Below are positions 1 to 9,249 of a stretch of DNA of 64,000 nucleotides, piece by piece. The position numbers and the translations under genes were made by a program. Each line of letters begins with the position of its first letter. Position 1 is the stretch's first letter. The notes beneath the pieces are model-generated. The model saw nothing but the letters and a program-made list of their open reading frames with translations. It ran no database searches and was not told the DNA's origin. Source of the stretch: Rhodospirillales bacterium CG15_BIG_FIL_POST_REV_8_21_14_020_66_15 (GTDB lineage: Bacteria; Pseudomonadota; Alphaproteobacteria; Rhodospirillales; Casp-alpha2); the NCBI GenBank assembly GCA_002781745.1, contig PFFW01000154.1:6515-70514 (forward strand), in the 5' to 3' direction.

Positions 1-644
1 TTGAAAAGGACGCTGGTCTGACGAAATCCGATCCAGTGAGTGAGGCCGCGCAGGAATTTTTCGCGTTCCGGCAGGGCGAGGAGCGTGTCCAGCGCACATC
101 GGTCCAACAGGCGAAAATCAGACTGATGCTGCGAGAGAGGGATGCCGATGATCTTGCCGACAACCTTGTAAAAAAGTGCGTTCGCCGACCGCCTGAACGG
201 ATTGGTGTAATCGGTCGGCCGCTTTTGCGTGCCGACGACGTCGAAGCCCTGGCGCCACTTGTCCACGAGGTCGGGGATCACTTCGGGGGGATGCTGCAGA
301 TCGGCGTCCATGGTGATGACGAGATCGCCTGCGCAATGACACATGCCGGCGATCAGTCCTCCCTGATGTCCGAAATTCCGGGACAGCAGGACGAATTTGA
401 TCCGCGGGTCCTCGGCGGAAAGCTCACGCAGCAGATCGGCCGAACCGTCCTTGCTGGCGTTGTCGACGATTACGATCTCGAAGTTGTCGGTGAGGGGTTC
501 GAGCGCCGCCTTGATCCGAGCGCACAGGGGGCGCAGGTTCTCGACCTCGTTAAGGGCGGGGGCGGTGATCGAGATGAGCTTGCCCGCCAATGGACGGATC
601 GCGCCCGTGGATGCGCTGTTCAGTTCGTCAGGCCTGTCTGTCAT
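1..644 (-). CDS. GT2 glycosyltransferase, GtrB/ArnC-like polyprenyl-phosphate sugar synthase (3' end outside window)
   Basis: Not in the ORF track. Manual translation from ATG 644: MTDRPDEL...ISITAPALNEVENL...IVIVDNASKDGS...LSRNFGHQGGLIAG...VITMDADLQHPPEVI...WRQGFDVV. The start abuts the stop of the upstream methyltransferase. Confidence 0.9.
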   Translation of the reverse strand, partial: MTDRPDELNSASTGAIRPLAGKLISITAPALNEVENLRPLCARIKAALEPLTDNFEIVIVDNASKDGSADLLRELSAEDPRIKFVLLSRNFGHQGGLIAGMCHCAGDLVITMDADLQHPPEVIPDLVDKWRQGFDVVGTQKRPTDYTNPFRRSANALFYKVVGKIIGIPLSQHQSDFRLLDRCALDTLLALPEREKFLRGLTHWIGFRQTSVLF

Positions 645-1505
645 TTAAACCTTTCTCCCGATCATGAACATGATGTCATGGAAATTGATCGGTATAGAAA
701 CGCCTTGTCCCGGAAGCAGGGACAAGAGGGAATAAAGCCGGTCCGCGCCCATGCGCAGTTTGACGGCGCCGTGCAGCATCGCCCCGACCGTCCGTAGCAC
801 GGGCGGGTAGGCTGTCGACACGGGCTCGAAGCCCGATCGCTGCAGAAGCCGCGCCAGATTTCGACTGTTGAAATAATGCAAATGCGTCGGCGGATGAATC
901 ATGCGCCATTTCGGCCCGCGCAGGCGAGCGGTAAGCGAGCCGACATCGCCCGTCGTGACGCAGATATAGCCGCCCGGCGAAACGCTGTCCCCTGCCTTCG
1001 CGAGAACCAGGTCCGGGCGGTCGAGATGTTCGATCACGTCCCACATGCAAATGACGTCGGGCGAAAACGGCAACGGATCGTGGATGAAGTTTCCACAGGT
1101 GACGTTCAGATCCAATTTCGTCCGGGCATGGTGTGCAGCGGCGGCGGAAATGTCGATGCCTGCGGTGGCGGCGAAATGCGGTTGCGCCAGTTCCAGGAAA
1201 AACCCGTAGGCGCATCCGATCTCGTACAGCGTCGATGTTGACGTAACGCCGGGAAGGGCCTTGATTTCCTCAAGGCGCCCGGCGAAGTTTGATTGGAGCG
1301 CAGGCTTCTCCTCGACGTAGTCGCCGTATTCCGCGCCGTGAAAATAGTCGTGCCCGTAAAGCAACGCGATCTCTTCCGGGGCAAGTTGCAGATCCGCCGT
1401 CATGAACCCGCAAGCGGGGCAGCGCAAGAGGCCGGGATAGCGCGCCGCCGGTGTGAGCGGTCCATCGCAAACCAGACAGGATGCGGGAGACCGGCGGTCA
1501 GGCAC
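645..1505 (-). CDS. Class I SAM-dependent methyltransferase with N-terminal CxxC...CxxC zinc ribbon
   Basis: CLVCDG...CPACG, motif I EIGCAYGFFL, DVICMWDVIEHL, PPTHLHYF. Confidence 0.85.
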   Translation of the reverse strand: MPDRRSPASCLVCDGPLTPAARYPGLLRCPACGFMTADLQLAPEEIALLYGHDYFHGAEYGDYVEEKPALQSNFAGRLEEIKALPGVTSTSTLYEIGCAYGFFLELAQPHFAATAGIDISAAAAHHARTKLDLNVTCGNFIHDPLPFSPDVICMWDVIEHLDRPDLVLAKAGDSVSPGGYICVTTGDVGSLTARLRGPKWRMIHPPTHLHYFNSRNLARLLQRSGFEPVSTAYPPVLRTVGAMLHGAVKLRMGADRLYSLLSLLPGQGVSIPINFHDIMFMIGRKV

Positions 1506-1589
1506 GCCTGAACCGTTGCCCGGCGGCGATACGAATCGAGTGATTCTTGGAATTCATGGAAACTCTCCGGACGGGAAAACCGGCGGCAT

Positions 1590-2027
1590 TCAAGGGTGGG
1601 TGAAAACCCAAATTCTCTGGCAGAGGTAACTCCAGATCGCGATCACGACGAAACTGGCCAGTTGCGTCGCCACAAGGGGCCCGCCTAACTGTTGAACGAA
1701 GACAAAAAGAATGACCGCGTTCAGGCCCAAGCTGCCAACGTGAACCAGCAGGTATCGGGGAATGGCCTCGCGGTGGTGCCGGTCACTTCTGAACGTCCAC
1801 AAGCGCTGCATCGTGTAGTTTGCGATCATCGACGCCGAATAGGCGATGATCGAAGCGCCGCCGGGCCCGAGACCCGGTACCAGGAGAAACATGATACAGA
1901 CGTACAGGGCGGTTGAAGTGCCGCCCGTGATCACGAACCGGACCGCTTCTCTCAAATTGATGCGGAGCGCTGAATTCACGGTGTCGGCTCGTCGGATTTT
2001 CGGTCGATGGGGAACGGTCCGCCGCAA
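1590..2027 (-). CDS. GtrA-family small membrane flippase (start uncertain, possibly GTG 1979)
   Basis: About 130-145 aa with four hydrophobic segments; RFVITGG...NYTMQRLWTFR...YLCQRIWVF pattern. Confidence 0.85.
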   Translation of the reverse strand: MRRTVPHRPKIRRADTVNSALRINLREAVRFVITGGTSTALYVCIMFLLVPGLGPGGASIIAYSASMIANYTMQRLWTFRSDRHHREAIPRYLLVHVGSLGLNAVILFVFVQQLGGPLVATQLASFVVIAIWSYLCQRIWVFTHP

Positions 2028-2104
2028 GGATTGCGCCTTTCCGGATGATGCACTAAGACTCTGGCATCCCGCCTGGACATGCCCGGAAAAAGTCGAGACT
2101 CCAA

Positions 2105-3031
2105 TTGTCGAAAATCCTCGTGACCGGAGGCTGCGGCTTCATCGGCCGTCAGGTCGTCAACTCCCTCAGTGGCGCCGGACATGTCGTGCGGGTCCTTGAC
2201 GACCTGTCCTATTGCGCACCGCCGGTTTTTCCCGAAGGAGTGACCTTCAGGGAGGGATCGGTCGGGAATCCGGATGCGCTTCGCTCGGCGATGGACGGCG
2301 TCGATCAGTGTGTCCACCTGGCCGGGTCGCCGGTTCTGGCAAACCCGAGATCCGGGCCCGTCGGCGCCATGGACCAGTTCTTGAGTGCGGCGCGGCAGGT
2401 GTTCGCCGCAGCGGCCGATTCGCGGGCAAAGGTCGTTTACGCCTCGTCCGCCGCGGTCTACGGACGGAATGTCGAAAGCCCCATTTCCGAGACGGCGCCC
2501 CCGGACCCGGTCAATGCCCATGGAATTGAAAAGGTCGCGCTGGAACAGGTCGCGGCCGAATTTTCCGCGGAGCGGAACGTGTCATCGATCGGGCTTCGCA
2601 TGTTCAATGTCTACGGGTCGGGCCAGTCGCCCGCGTCCCCCTACTGCGGAGTCGTGCGGTTGTTCGCCGAAAAACTGCTTGAGGGAGAACCGGCGGTCGT
2701 TCGCGGCGACGGATCCCAGGCGCGTGATTTCGTTTATATAAGCGATGCCGTTCGGGCGATCGCGGCTGCCGTCGCCGCGCCCCCCGGCGGCACCGAGGTA
2801 ATCAACATCTGCACCGGAATTCCGGTTTCCGTGACCGAGGTGATCTCCATCCTCGAAGCAGCCTCCGGTAGGACGCTGGACGTCGCTTTCGAACCGGACG
2901 CCTCGCCCGGTGTCCAAAGCTCCGTCGGTCTGCCCGACCGCGCGCGCGACCGCCTAGGCTTTCAGGCGGCTGTGGATTTCGAGACCGGCGTGCGGGCGTT
3001 GATCTCCGAATTGCGTGACCGCGGGGTCTAA
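2105..3031 (+). CDS. NAD-dependent epimerase/dehydratase (extended SDR)
   Basis: ILVTGGCGFIG, YASSAAVYG, LRMFNVYG, GDGSQARDFVYISD. The YxxxK position reads HGIEK. Confidence 0.9.
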   Translation: MSKILVTGGCGFIGRQVVNSLSGAGHVVRVLDDLSYCAPPVFPEGVTFREGSVGNPDALRSAMDGVDQCVHLAGSPVLANPRSGPVGAMDQFLSAARQVFAAAADSRAKVVYASSAAVYGRNVESPISETAPPDPVNAHGIEKVALEQVAAEFSAERNVSSIGLRMFNVYGSGQSPASPYCGVVRLFAEKLLEGEPAVVRGDGSQARDFVYISDAVRAIAAAVAAPPGGTEVINICTGIPVSVTEVISILEAASGRTLDVAFEPDASPGVQSSVGLPDRARDRLGFQAAVDFETGVRALISELRDRGV

Positions 3032-3064
3032 TCTCCAGTTCACGGGTCCGTCCGCCGTCGATGG

Positions 3065-3958
3065 CTACGCCTTGCGGAAAAGGACGGCGATGCTGTCTGC
3101 CGATTGCAGCACGCAGGTTGTTCCTTGATCGGGCGGAAAATATTTCAGGACGGATTCGGCGAAATAACCCCGGTCCTTCTGTTCGATTTCAAATCCCTCG
3201 ACTTGTGAAACGATCGCGGGGCTGTCGATTACCAGAACGGTCTTCCGGGCGAGCCGCGCCAGTTCGCGGAGGATGGCCGCACGCGTGTCCTTCGTTTCCT
3301 GCGTCCCATCCCCGATGATGATCGACAGGACATGGGACATCACGACGTGGTCGAACGCGCCGTCGCCGAAGGCGACGAAGGTGGCAGCATCCGTCAGGTC
3401 CCCTTGGACCGCGCTCACCGGTTCGGAGCCGACCGCAAGATTGATGACGCTGACGGCTTCCGCGCTGAAATCGATGCCGTGGATCGGCGACCGGGGAAAG
3501 CGCTCCATCAGCACCTTTATGTTCTGGCCGCGGCCGCAACCGGCATCGAAGAACGTGTCGCCGTCGGCATATCCCAAAAGATCGGAATATCTCTCGATGA
3601 ACCCGTTTATGCGGCCGCCGGGCTTGCCGAACAGGGCGGCCTTTTCGGCGTCGCCGAGACCGGCATAAGAGAAGTATCCCCGCCCGTCCCTTCCGTAGTG
3701 GTGCCGGATGTAGCGCGAATACTTTCGTGACGCATAGGCGTCGAATTCACGCTGGTAAAGCCGACCCAGGAAGGCTGCGGCGCGGGCCAGGAAGGCGACG
3801 GCCCGGCCAAGCGGTCCCGGCTTCAGTTCGGCGCTGTGGAGATTGACCAGGAAGGTCTGATCCTTGACGAACCGCATGACGTGAAACACCGGCGGCACGA
3901 TGAGCCGGCCGACGATGAACGAGGGAAGCCTCGAATTCTTGATAAAGGCCAACGGCAT
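3065..3958 (-). CDS. Class I SAM-dependent methyltransferase
   Basis: FFDAGCGRGQN, HGIDFS, FDHVVMSHVL. Start chosen at ATG 3958; the track ORF extends to 4018. Confidence 0.75.
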   Translation of the reverse strand: MPLAFIKNSRLPSFIVGRLIVPPVFHVMRFVKDQTFLVNLHSAELKPGPLGRAVAFLARAAAFLGRLYQREFDAYASRKYSRYIRHHYGRDGRGYFSYAGLGDAEKAALFGKPGGRINGFIERYSDLLGYADGDTFFDAGCGRGQNIKVLMERFPRSPIHGIDFSAEAVSVINLAVGSEPVSAVQGDLTDAATFVAFGDGAFDHVVMSHVLSIIIGDGTQETKDTRAAILRELARLARKTVLVIDSPAIVSQVEGFEIEQKDRGYFAESVLKYFPPDQGTTCVLQSADSIAVLFRKA

Positions 3959-3977
3959 GACGGTTCTCAGATGCGGA

Positions 3978-5351
3978 TCATGCGGATCGCGGGTTCGTGC
4001 CGACGGCGTCGGGAACACCCGTAGGCGCGGTCCGGCCGTCGGCCGGTGCCGGCTCGGCGGGTTTCAGGAGATCCTGCGCCTTCAGCGTCTCGGCTACCAG
4101 CGCGAGATCGAAGAACGGTTTTCCGGTCAAGTCGGCGATGGCGAGCAGGTCCATGGTTCCGTCGCTGTAGGCGAGCAGGTGGGAAACCTTCTCGGAGAAA
4201 TCGTCGATGAACTTGCCGTCCTTCAGGGGCGCGCGCAATCCTCTCGGGCTCAGCCAGGGCTCGCACAAGACCGTCGCCGCCAGCGTTTCGTTTTTCTCGA
4301 TGATCTGGATCGCCTGGAACGTCGCCGAAAAGCCGCCCCACAATCCGTCCGGCGAGATCACCGAGAGATCGTCGAGCGACGTATGGTATTCCGGATACGT
4401 GCCGTACTTGCTGCGCATGATGGAAACCACCGGCAGGTTGATCCCGGGCGCGCAATACTGGCGTTCATCGGAGCCTCGATCGAGATAGGAAAAGCTCGCG
4501 TACGGGACCCGGAGAATCCTGTCCAGGACATGTCTGGCGGCGCGTTCCGGAAGCGTGTTCCCCTGGCGCGCCGGCAGGAATGACCAGCCGCGGTCGTCGC
4601 CGACGCAGGTCATGACGAATCCGGCGATGACCGATTTCCGCAAGCTGTCCAGGTTTCTGCTGATATAGGCGACCGCACCGATGGTCTCGGGCACGTAGAC
4701 GATGCGATAGCTGTAGCGGCGCTCCGGCATGTCGAGGATCGCCCGCGCGAGATAGGCGGTCACCGCCATGCCCGAGGTCTCGTTGTTGGCCATCTGCGGG
4801 TGGCAGGTGTATGTGTGGATCAGGATCTCTTGCGTGCTCCGCCCCGGCACGAGGATTTCACCATAGGTCATTCCCCCGGGCTCGATCGAGGACCTGACGA
4901 CCACGCGGTACCGGGTGTCGGTCAGGCCCTGCTTCTGCCGCTCCGTGACGCAGAACGCCCAGCGCCGATTGAAATAGGAAGTGATGAACGGAATCGCATC
5001 GGGCAGGTCGGGAAGGCTGTAGAGGTGCGCCATCAGCTCTTCCCGGTCGAGCGTTGCGTCGACGGGAACGGAATAGCTCATCAGGTGGAGATTGTTGTCC
5101 GCGAAATCGATGACGCGGCGACCGGTCATATCGGCGATGTAGGCCTCCTCGACGTTCCACTCGTCAGGGATGGTCCAGTCGAAACATTGGCTTCCGCTTG
5201 GAATTTCCTTCGACTCAAGTTCGGGAATGACGTCGCGGAGGACGTCATGGGTCTGTCGAACGCCATGCCCCGTGATGCTGCGATGGATGGGAAACAGCTT
5301 TTCGGCAAGGGCGAATATGTCGTGCCCGTCGAACGGGAATTGCGCCGTCAT
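3978..5351 (-). CDS. DUF4910-family M28-like metallopeptidase/winged-helix protein
   Basis: KLFPIHRSITGHG, FDWTIPDEWN, HTYTCHPQMANNETSG, RGSDERQYC, YPEYHTSLDD. ATG 5351 overlaps the upstream stop (ATGA). Confidence 0.9.
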   Translation of the reverse strand: MTAQFPFDGHDIFALAEKLFPIHRSITGHGVRQTHDVLRDVIPELESKEIPSGSQCFDWTIPDEWNVEEAYIADMTGRRVIDFADNNLHLMSYSVPVDATLDREELMAHLYSLPDLPDAIPFITSYFNRRWAFCVTERQKQGLTDTRYRVVVRSSIEPGGMTYGEILVPGRSTQEILIHTYTCHPQMANNETSGMAVTAYLARAILDMPERRYSYRIVYVPETIGAVAYISRNLDSLRKSVIAGFVMTCVGDDRGWSFLPARQGNTLPERAARHVLDRILRVPYASFSYLDRGSDERQYCAPGINLPVVSIMRSKYGTYPEYHTSLDDLSVISPDGLWGGFSATFQAIQIIEKNETLAATVLCEPWLSPRGLRAPLKDGKFIDDFSEKVSHLLAYSDGTMDLLAIADLTGKPFFDLALVAETLKAQDLLKPAEPAPADGRTAPTGVPDAVGTNPRSA

Positions 5352-6253
5352 CGCGTGGATGCTCCCGTCTCGCTGGGCCGCAGATCGAAATCCGCAATGG
5401 CCTCGACGCTTGGTCCCGAAGCCGGCACGTCTTCGTTGATCCGCATCACGACCCGTCGCGTCGCGAACGCCCATGGGTCCTCGTCCAACATGGCATAGCC
5501 GACCGCGTCGACGTCCCTGGTATCCACGGCCGAGCTTCGCCTGCCGTTCCATTCCGTTTCGGCGAGAAATCCGCGTGACCGTAGCGCCTGTTCCAGGGGC
5601 TTCAGATCCGGGCCGATGTCGACGCTTCGGTAGCGCAGATAGGCCAGCCACACGCCCTCGATCCGCCGGCCGCCGCGATACATGGGAACCTCCAGTGTCT
5701 TGTGAAACCGGTGGGGAACGCCGAAGCACTGTTCGACGTGGTGGACGTATGTGGTGGGCTCGTTGAAGGGAATCCCAAGCGTCAAGATGCGGGCGTTCTG
5801 CGCGGACAGGCGATCCCAGGGACTGCTTCGGCCGAACGCGGCCGGCCCGCACCCTTCGATGATTTCTTCCGACCGGGCGCCCAGGGCGGCAAGGGAAAAG
5901 ATCGGGTGGAACGAACGCCGGGCCTTCGGCTGCAAGCGGACGAACTCGGAAAACGGCCCCACTTCCGACGGCGTCTTCTCAAGCTCGAAGAGCCCCCCGG
6001 GCCTGGTGGTGGAATAGGTGAAGGTGGGAACGACGAGGGTCCCCCCGGATCCCAATCGTTCCATCAGGACGTCGCACAGGAACGCGCAAAGCCGGATCCG
6101 CAGCGCGCGCATGGCATCACGCGAGACCGGCGTGTCGAACCGCGGCAACGGCACGCCGGTCATGTCCGAATGCACCATGACGATCGAACCCGCCACGATT
6201 CCCAAACGGTCCAACATGTCGTTCAGTGCGTGCCGTGCTTCGGCTTCACGCAT
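5348..6253 (-). CDS. AAC(3)-family (Antibiotic_NAT) N-acyltransferase
   Basis: VMVHSD, GGTLVVPTFTY, RSFHPIFSLAALG, AFGRSSPW, TTYVHHVEQ. ATG 6253 overlaps the end of the FkbH gene. Confidence 0.88.
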   Translation of the reverse strand: MREAEARHALNDMLDRLGIVAGSIVMVHSDMTGVPLPRFDTPVSRDAMRALRIRLCAFLCDVLMERLGSGGTLVVPTFTYSTTRPGGLFELEKTPSEVGPFSEFVRLQPKARRSFHPIFSLAALGARSEEIIEGCGPAAFGRSSPWDRLSAQNARILTLGIPFNEPTTYVHHVEQCFGVPHRFHKTLEVPMYRGGRRIEGVWLAYLRYRSVDIGPDLKPLEQALRSRGFLAETEWNGRRSSAVDTRDVDAVGYAMLDEDPWAFATRRVVMRINEDVPASGPSVEAIADFDLRPSETGASTR

Positions 6254-7880
6254 CTTCGAACACGATCCTGAAAAGGGTGAGATCGTCCGCATGGCAGGCG
6301 GCGATCTCATCCAGGTCACAGCGCAGGGCGCCGTCGTCCCTTGTGAAACCCGGGCCGTCGGTGAACATGGCGAACGGCGTGTTGCGTTCGGTCCGCCTGA
6401 ACGTCATGTCAAGGGGACTGGTCACGCGGTCCTTGATGGCGAGCAGGAAAGCGTACTCGATCCGCCGTTGGAAAACACGGCACGACATGACGAATGCCTG
6501 CGCGATTCCTCGCCCGTCGACGAGAAAAGAGAGGATCTCGCCATGATCTCCCGACTTATCGGTAAGTTTCGCAGTGAACAACCGGCCGCCATCGGAAAGC
6601 AGCCGGCTGACATTCTCTTCGCTCCATCGCTGACCGTTGAGGTTGAATTGATTGGTCTTGTTGATCAGTTGAATGGCCCGTGACCACGTTTCGGGCGTTC
6701 GCTCGAAAATCGTCAATTCCATATCCAGGCCGCGTAGGAAGTCCTCGACCGACTCCGCTTTTGCCGCCTGGTCGGCGACGGCCGCGCGGGCGCGATAAAG
6801 TTCGTTCCGACGACGGTCCTCGTCCGTCAGCGCGTCCCGGTGGAACAACAGGTTCAGTTCCGAGAACAAATTCGGCAGGGATGCCGAATCGCCGGGGAAA
6901 AGCACCGTCGCGACTTCGGGAAGAGCCGCGTTGACTTCGGCCAACTCGACCGGGTTGTCATCGACCATCACGATATTCGCGAGCCCCAAATTCAGGTTCC
7001 GGGCAATCGAGCGAACGGCGTCCGACTTGCTGCCGTAGCTCGATTCGAAGGCGATGAAATCATCTACGCCCAGCGGCATGCCGCCTTTTTCCAGCGGCGC
7101 GCGCGCGAGGTCCGGATCGTTTCTGCTGGCAACCGCCAGCATGATCCCGTCCCGCCGCAGGCGGCCGAGGTATGACTGGTAGATGAAATGCTTGTAGGAT
7201 TCCCCCTCGGCATCCGCGGAAACGTTTTCCGGACCGTCTTCTCCGACGGTGCCTCGCCACAGGCAGTTGTCGAGGTCCGTGACCAGCACCTTGCCGATGC
7301 CGCGACGGCCAGGAAGCATCCATTGCGCGGCGAGCGCCTCCGCCACGTCGGCAAGCCGATTTCCGGCGACGGGGGCACCCGAATGGAGATACGTCGTCAG
7401 GGAGAAAGCGTCCGGTCCCAGGATTCGCGCTCCCGCGCCGGCGGCGACAGACCGCAGGCCTTCGTCCAGCCTGGCCTGGTCGGCCGTGTTGCGAAAAACC
7501 GGAATGGCGGGCGTATCGATGTAGGCGACTGCGCCGAGACAGCGTTCGCTGATTCGCACGATCGTCTTCGCGCCCGCCGCGATCAGGTCTTCGGGCGGTT
7601 CGGGCGACTTCGGGCTCCCGCTGCGCCAGTCTGCCAACGGGCAAAGGTCCCAGGGCAGCACCAGGGCAAGCTCAGCCGTGCCGTCCGGCGCGGCCGCCAG
7701 GTGCTGTTGAAGGGTTCCGAAGGGCAAGCTGTCGATGCTGGCATTGATGCCGCGCTCGGCGAACGCGGCCCGGAGGTAGAGCACAAGATTGTCCAACATA
7801 CACGACGCGATCAGGCGCATTGGCTCGGCGGGTAACCCGGAAACGGCCTTGATCGCATTCCTGGCCTTTAGAAAACTCAC
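6246..7880 (-). CDS. fkbH: FkbH-like HAD-IIIC phosphatase / glyceryl-ACP synthase with C-terminal GNAT-like domain
   Basis: KVLVTDLDNCLWRG, VASRND, VDDNPVE, QLINKTNQFN, MSCRV. GTG 7880 overlaps the upstream stop (GTGA). Confidence 0.92.
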   Translation of the reverse strand: MSFLKARNAIKAVSGLPAEPMRLIASCMLDNLVLYLRAAFAERGINASIDSLPFGTLQQHLAAAPDGTAELALVLPWDLCPLADWRSGSPKSPEPPEDLIAAGAKTIVRISERCLGAVAYIDTPAIPVFRNTADQARLDEGLRSVAAGAGARILGPDAFSLTTYLHSGAPVAGNRLADVAEALAAQWMLPGRRGIGKVLVTDLDNCLWRGTVGEDGPENVSADAEGESYKHFIYQSYLGRLRRDGIMLAVASRNDPDLARAPLEKGGMPLGVDDFIAFESSYGSKSDAVRSIARNLNLGLANIVMVDDNPVELAEVNAALPEVATVLFPGDSASLPNLFSELNLLFHRDALTDEDRRRNELYRARAAVADQAAKAESVEDFLRGLDMELTIFERTPETWSRAIQLINKTNQFNLNGQRWSEENVSRLLSDGGRLFTAKLTDKSGDHGEILSFLVDGRGIAQAFVMSCRVFQRRIEYAFLLAIKDRVTSPLDMTFRRTERNTPFAMFTDGPGFTRDDGALRCDLDEIAACHADDLTLFRIVFEDA

Positions 7881-8974
7881 GGGGCGGCGCCCCCGGACAG
7901 GTCGAACGTGGCGCCGCTCATGAAGCGGGACGGGTTGTCGAGCACCCAATTTACCGAGTCGGCGGCCTCGTCCAGCGACATCAGGCGGCCCCACGGGGAT
8001 CGGTCCATGTTGGCCACCCTTGCCGCCGCCGATTGCTGCGCATTCATCCCGCCATCGAGAGCATCGAACCTGACGGATAGACAGCGCATGTCCTGGGCGC
8101 TCAATTCCATCGCAAGTACCTCAGTCAGGGTCGGGACGACCGCCTTGCCCATGGAATAGAGCGGCGCGCGCCAGAAGTGGCGTCCGCGTGACGCCGCGGT
8201 CGATCCGATGAGAACCAGCGTCGCGCCGGGTCCGCCCCGTTCAACCATGATCGACGCAAGCGAGATGCCCTGGGAAAGCGGCTCGACGAGTCCGGTTTCC
8301 AGCGCCGCCGCCGGATCCGGTAGGGCCAGCAGGCCGCAGTTGTCCTGCGCGGGCCAGCCGCAATGGACCACCGCGCGAACGGACGCGTCGCCGAGGCGCT
8401 CGAGCAGCCGTGCCCGGCCGGATGCGGTGTGGACCTCGTCGGCCCGCGAGACCGGAACGGCGACCGCGCCCAGTCGATTGCTCAGCGCCGTTCCCAAGCC
8501 CCCGGATGCGCCCGATATCAGGACGACCTGCGACGTCGCGTCCTCCGTGTTCGCGGGTCGCGTCTCCGAACCGGACGCGGGTGCGGCCCGCCCTGCGCCG
8601 TGGTAACCGAAGGCGTAGCGGGCCTCCACGTATCGCCGCCCGTCGGCGGCGCCGGTGATGACGACCGAGACCTGCCCGCCGTCGCCGGACTGGCGGTCGA
8701 CGCGCCCCTCGACCCGAAGCGTCAGCGGCGGCACCATGGGAGAAACGAACTTCAAGCGCATGTCGTGAAGGAGACATGCCTCGCCCGGAAGATGCATGCC
8801 CGCCATCCGCGATACCAGACCGGCGGCGTAGGCGCCGTGCAGTACGCGCCGTCGATAGGGCGTGCCGGCGGCATACGCGGCATTTGTGTGCAGCGGATTA
8901 TGATCGCCGGACAGGTCGGCGAACGCGTCCAGCGCGTCCTCGTCGACCGAAACCTCGAAGGCGTACTCCTTCAT
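7877..8974 (-). CDS. MaoC-like dehydratase fused to SDR (FabG-like) reductase
   Basis: N-terminal FADLSGDHNPLH...VLHG hot-dog motif; C-terminal ISGASGGLG and YSMGK. ATG 8974 overlaps the ACP stop. Confidence 0.88.
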   Translation of the reverse strand: MKEYAFEVSVDEDALDAFADLSGDHNPLHTNAAYAAGTPYRRRVLHGAYAAGLVSRMAGMHLPGEACLLHDMRLKFVSPMVPPLTLRVEGRVDRQSGDGGQVSVVITGAADGRRYVEARYAFGYHGAGRAAPASGSETRPANTEDATSQVVLISGASGGLGTALSNRLGAVAVPVSRADEVHTASGRARLLERLGDASVRAVVHCGWPAQDNCGLLALPDPAAALETGLVEPLSQGISLASIMVERGGPGATLVLIGSTAASRGRHFWRAPLYSMGKAVVPTLTEVLAMELSAQDMRCLSVRFDALDGGMNAQQSAAARVANMDRSPWGRLMSLDEAADSVNWVLDNPSRFMSGATFDLSGGAAP

Positions 8975-9210
8975 GGTCTGAGTTCGTCCACCAGAAGGGC
9001 GACGGATTGGTAGGACGTGAAGCGGTCGCGCTGCTCGCCGTTCAATTCCGTTCCGAGCTCGGCCTCGATGGCGGCAATGAAGGTTGCCGTGGCCAGGGAA
9101 TCCCATTTCTCGCAATTGATCTGGCGAAGGCTTCCCACATCGGTCTCTTCCGGCAGGTCGAGGACGACAAGAAAGATTTCCTTCAGCTTCGCTTGGGTTT
9201 CAGCGTCCAA
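8971..9210 (-). CDS. Acyl carrier protein
   Basis: Acidic protein of about 79 aa with a WDSL phosphopantetheine motif. TTG 9210 is preceded by AGGAGG (the track start is 9237). Confidence 0.88.
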   Translation of the reverse strand: MDAETQAKLKEIFLVVLDLPEETDVGSLRQINCEKWDSLATATFIAAIEAELGTELNGEQRDRFTSYQSVALLVDELRP

Positions 9211-9249
9211 GATAGCATCCTCCTGCAGTCGAGACACCAGAAGGCACGT

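Noticed and set aside
5348-6253. AAC(3)-like gene read as aminoglycoside resistance
   Set aside because: It is translationally coupled between fkbH and DUF4910 in a glycan operon. The fold is shared, but the context points to biosynthesis.
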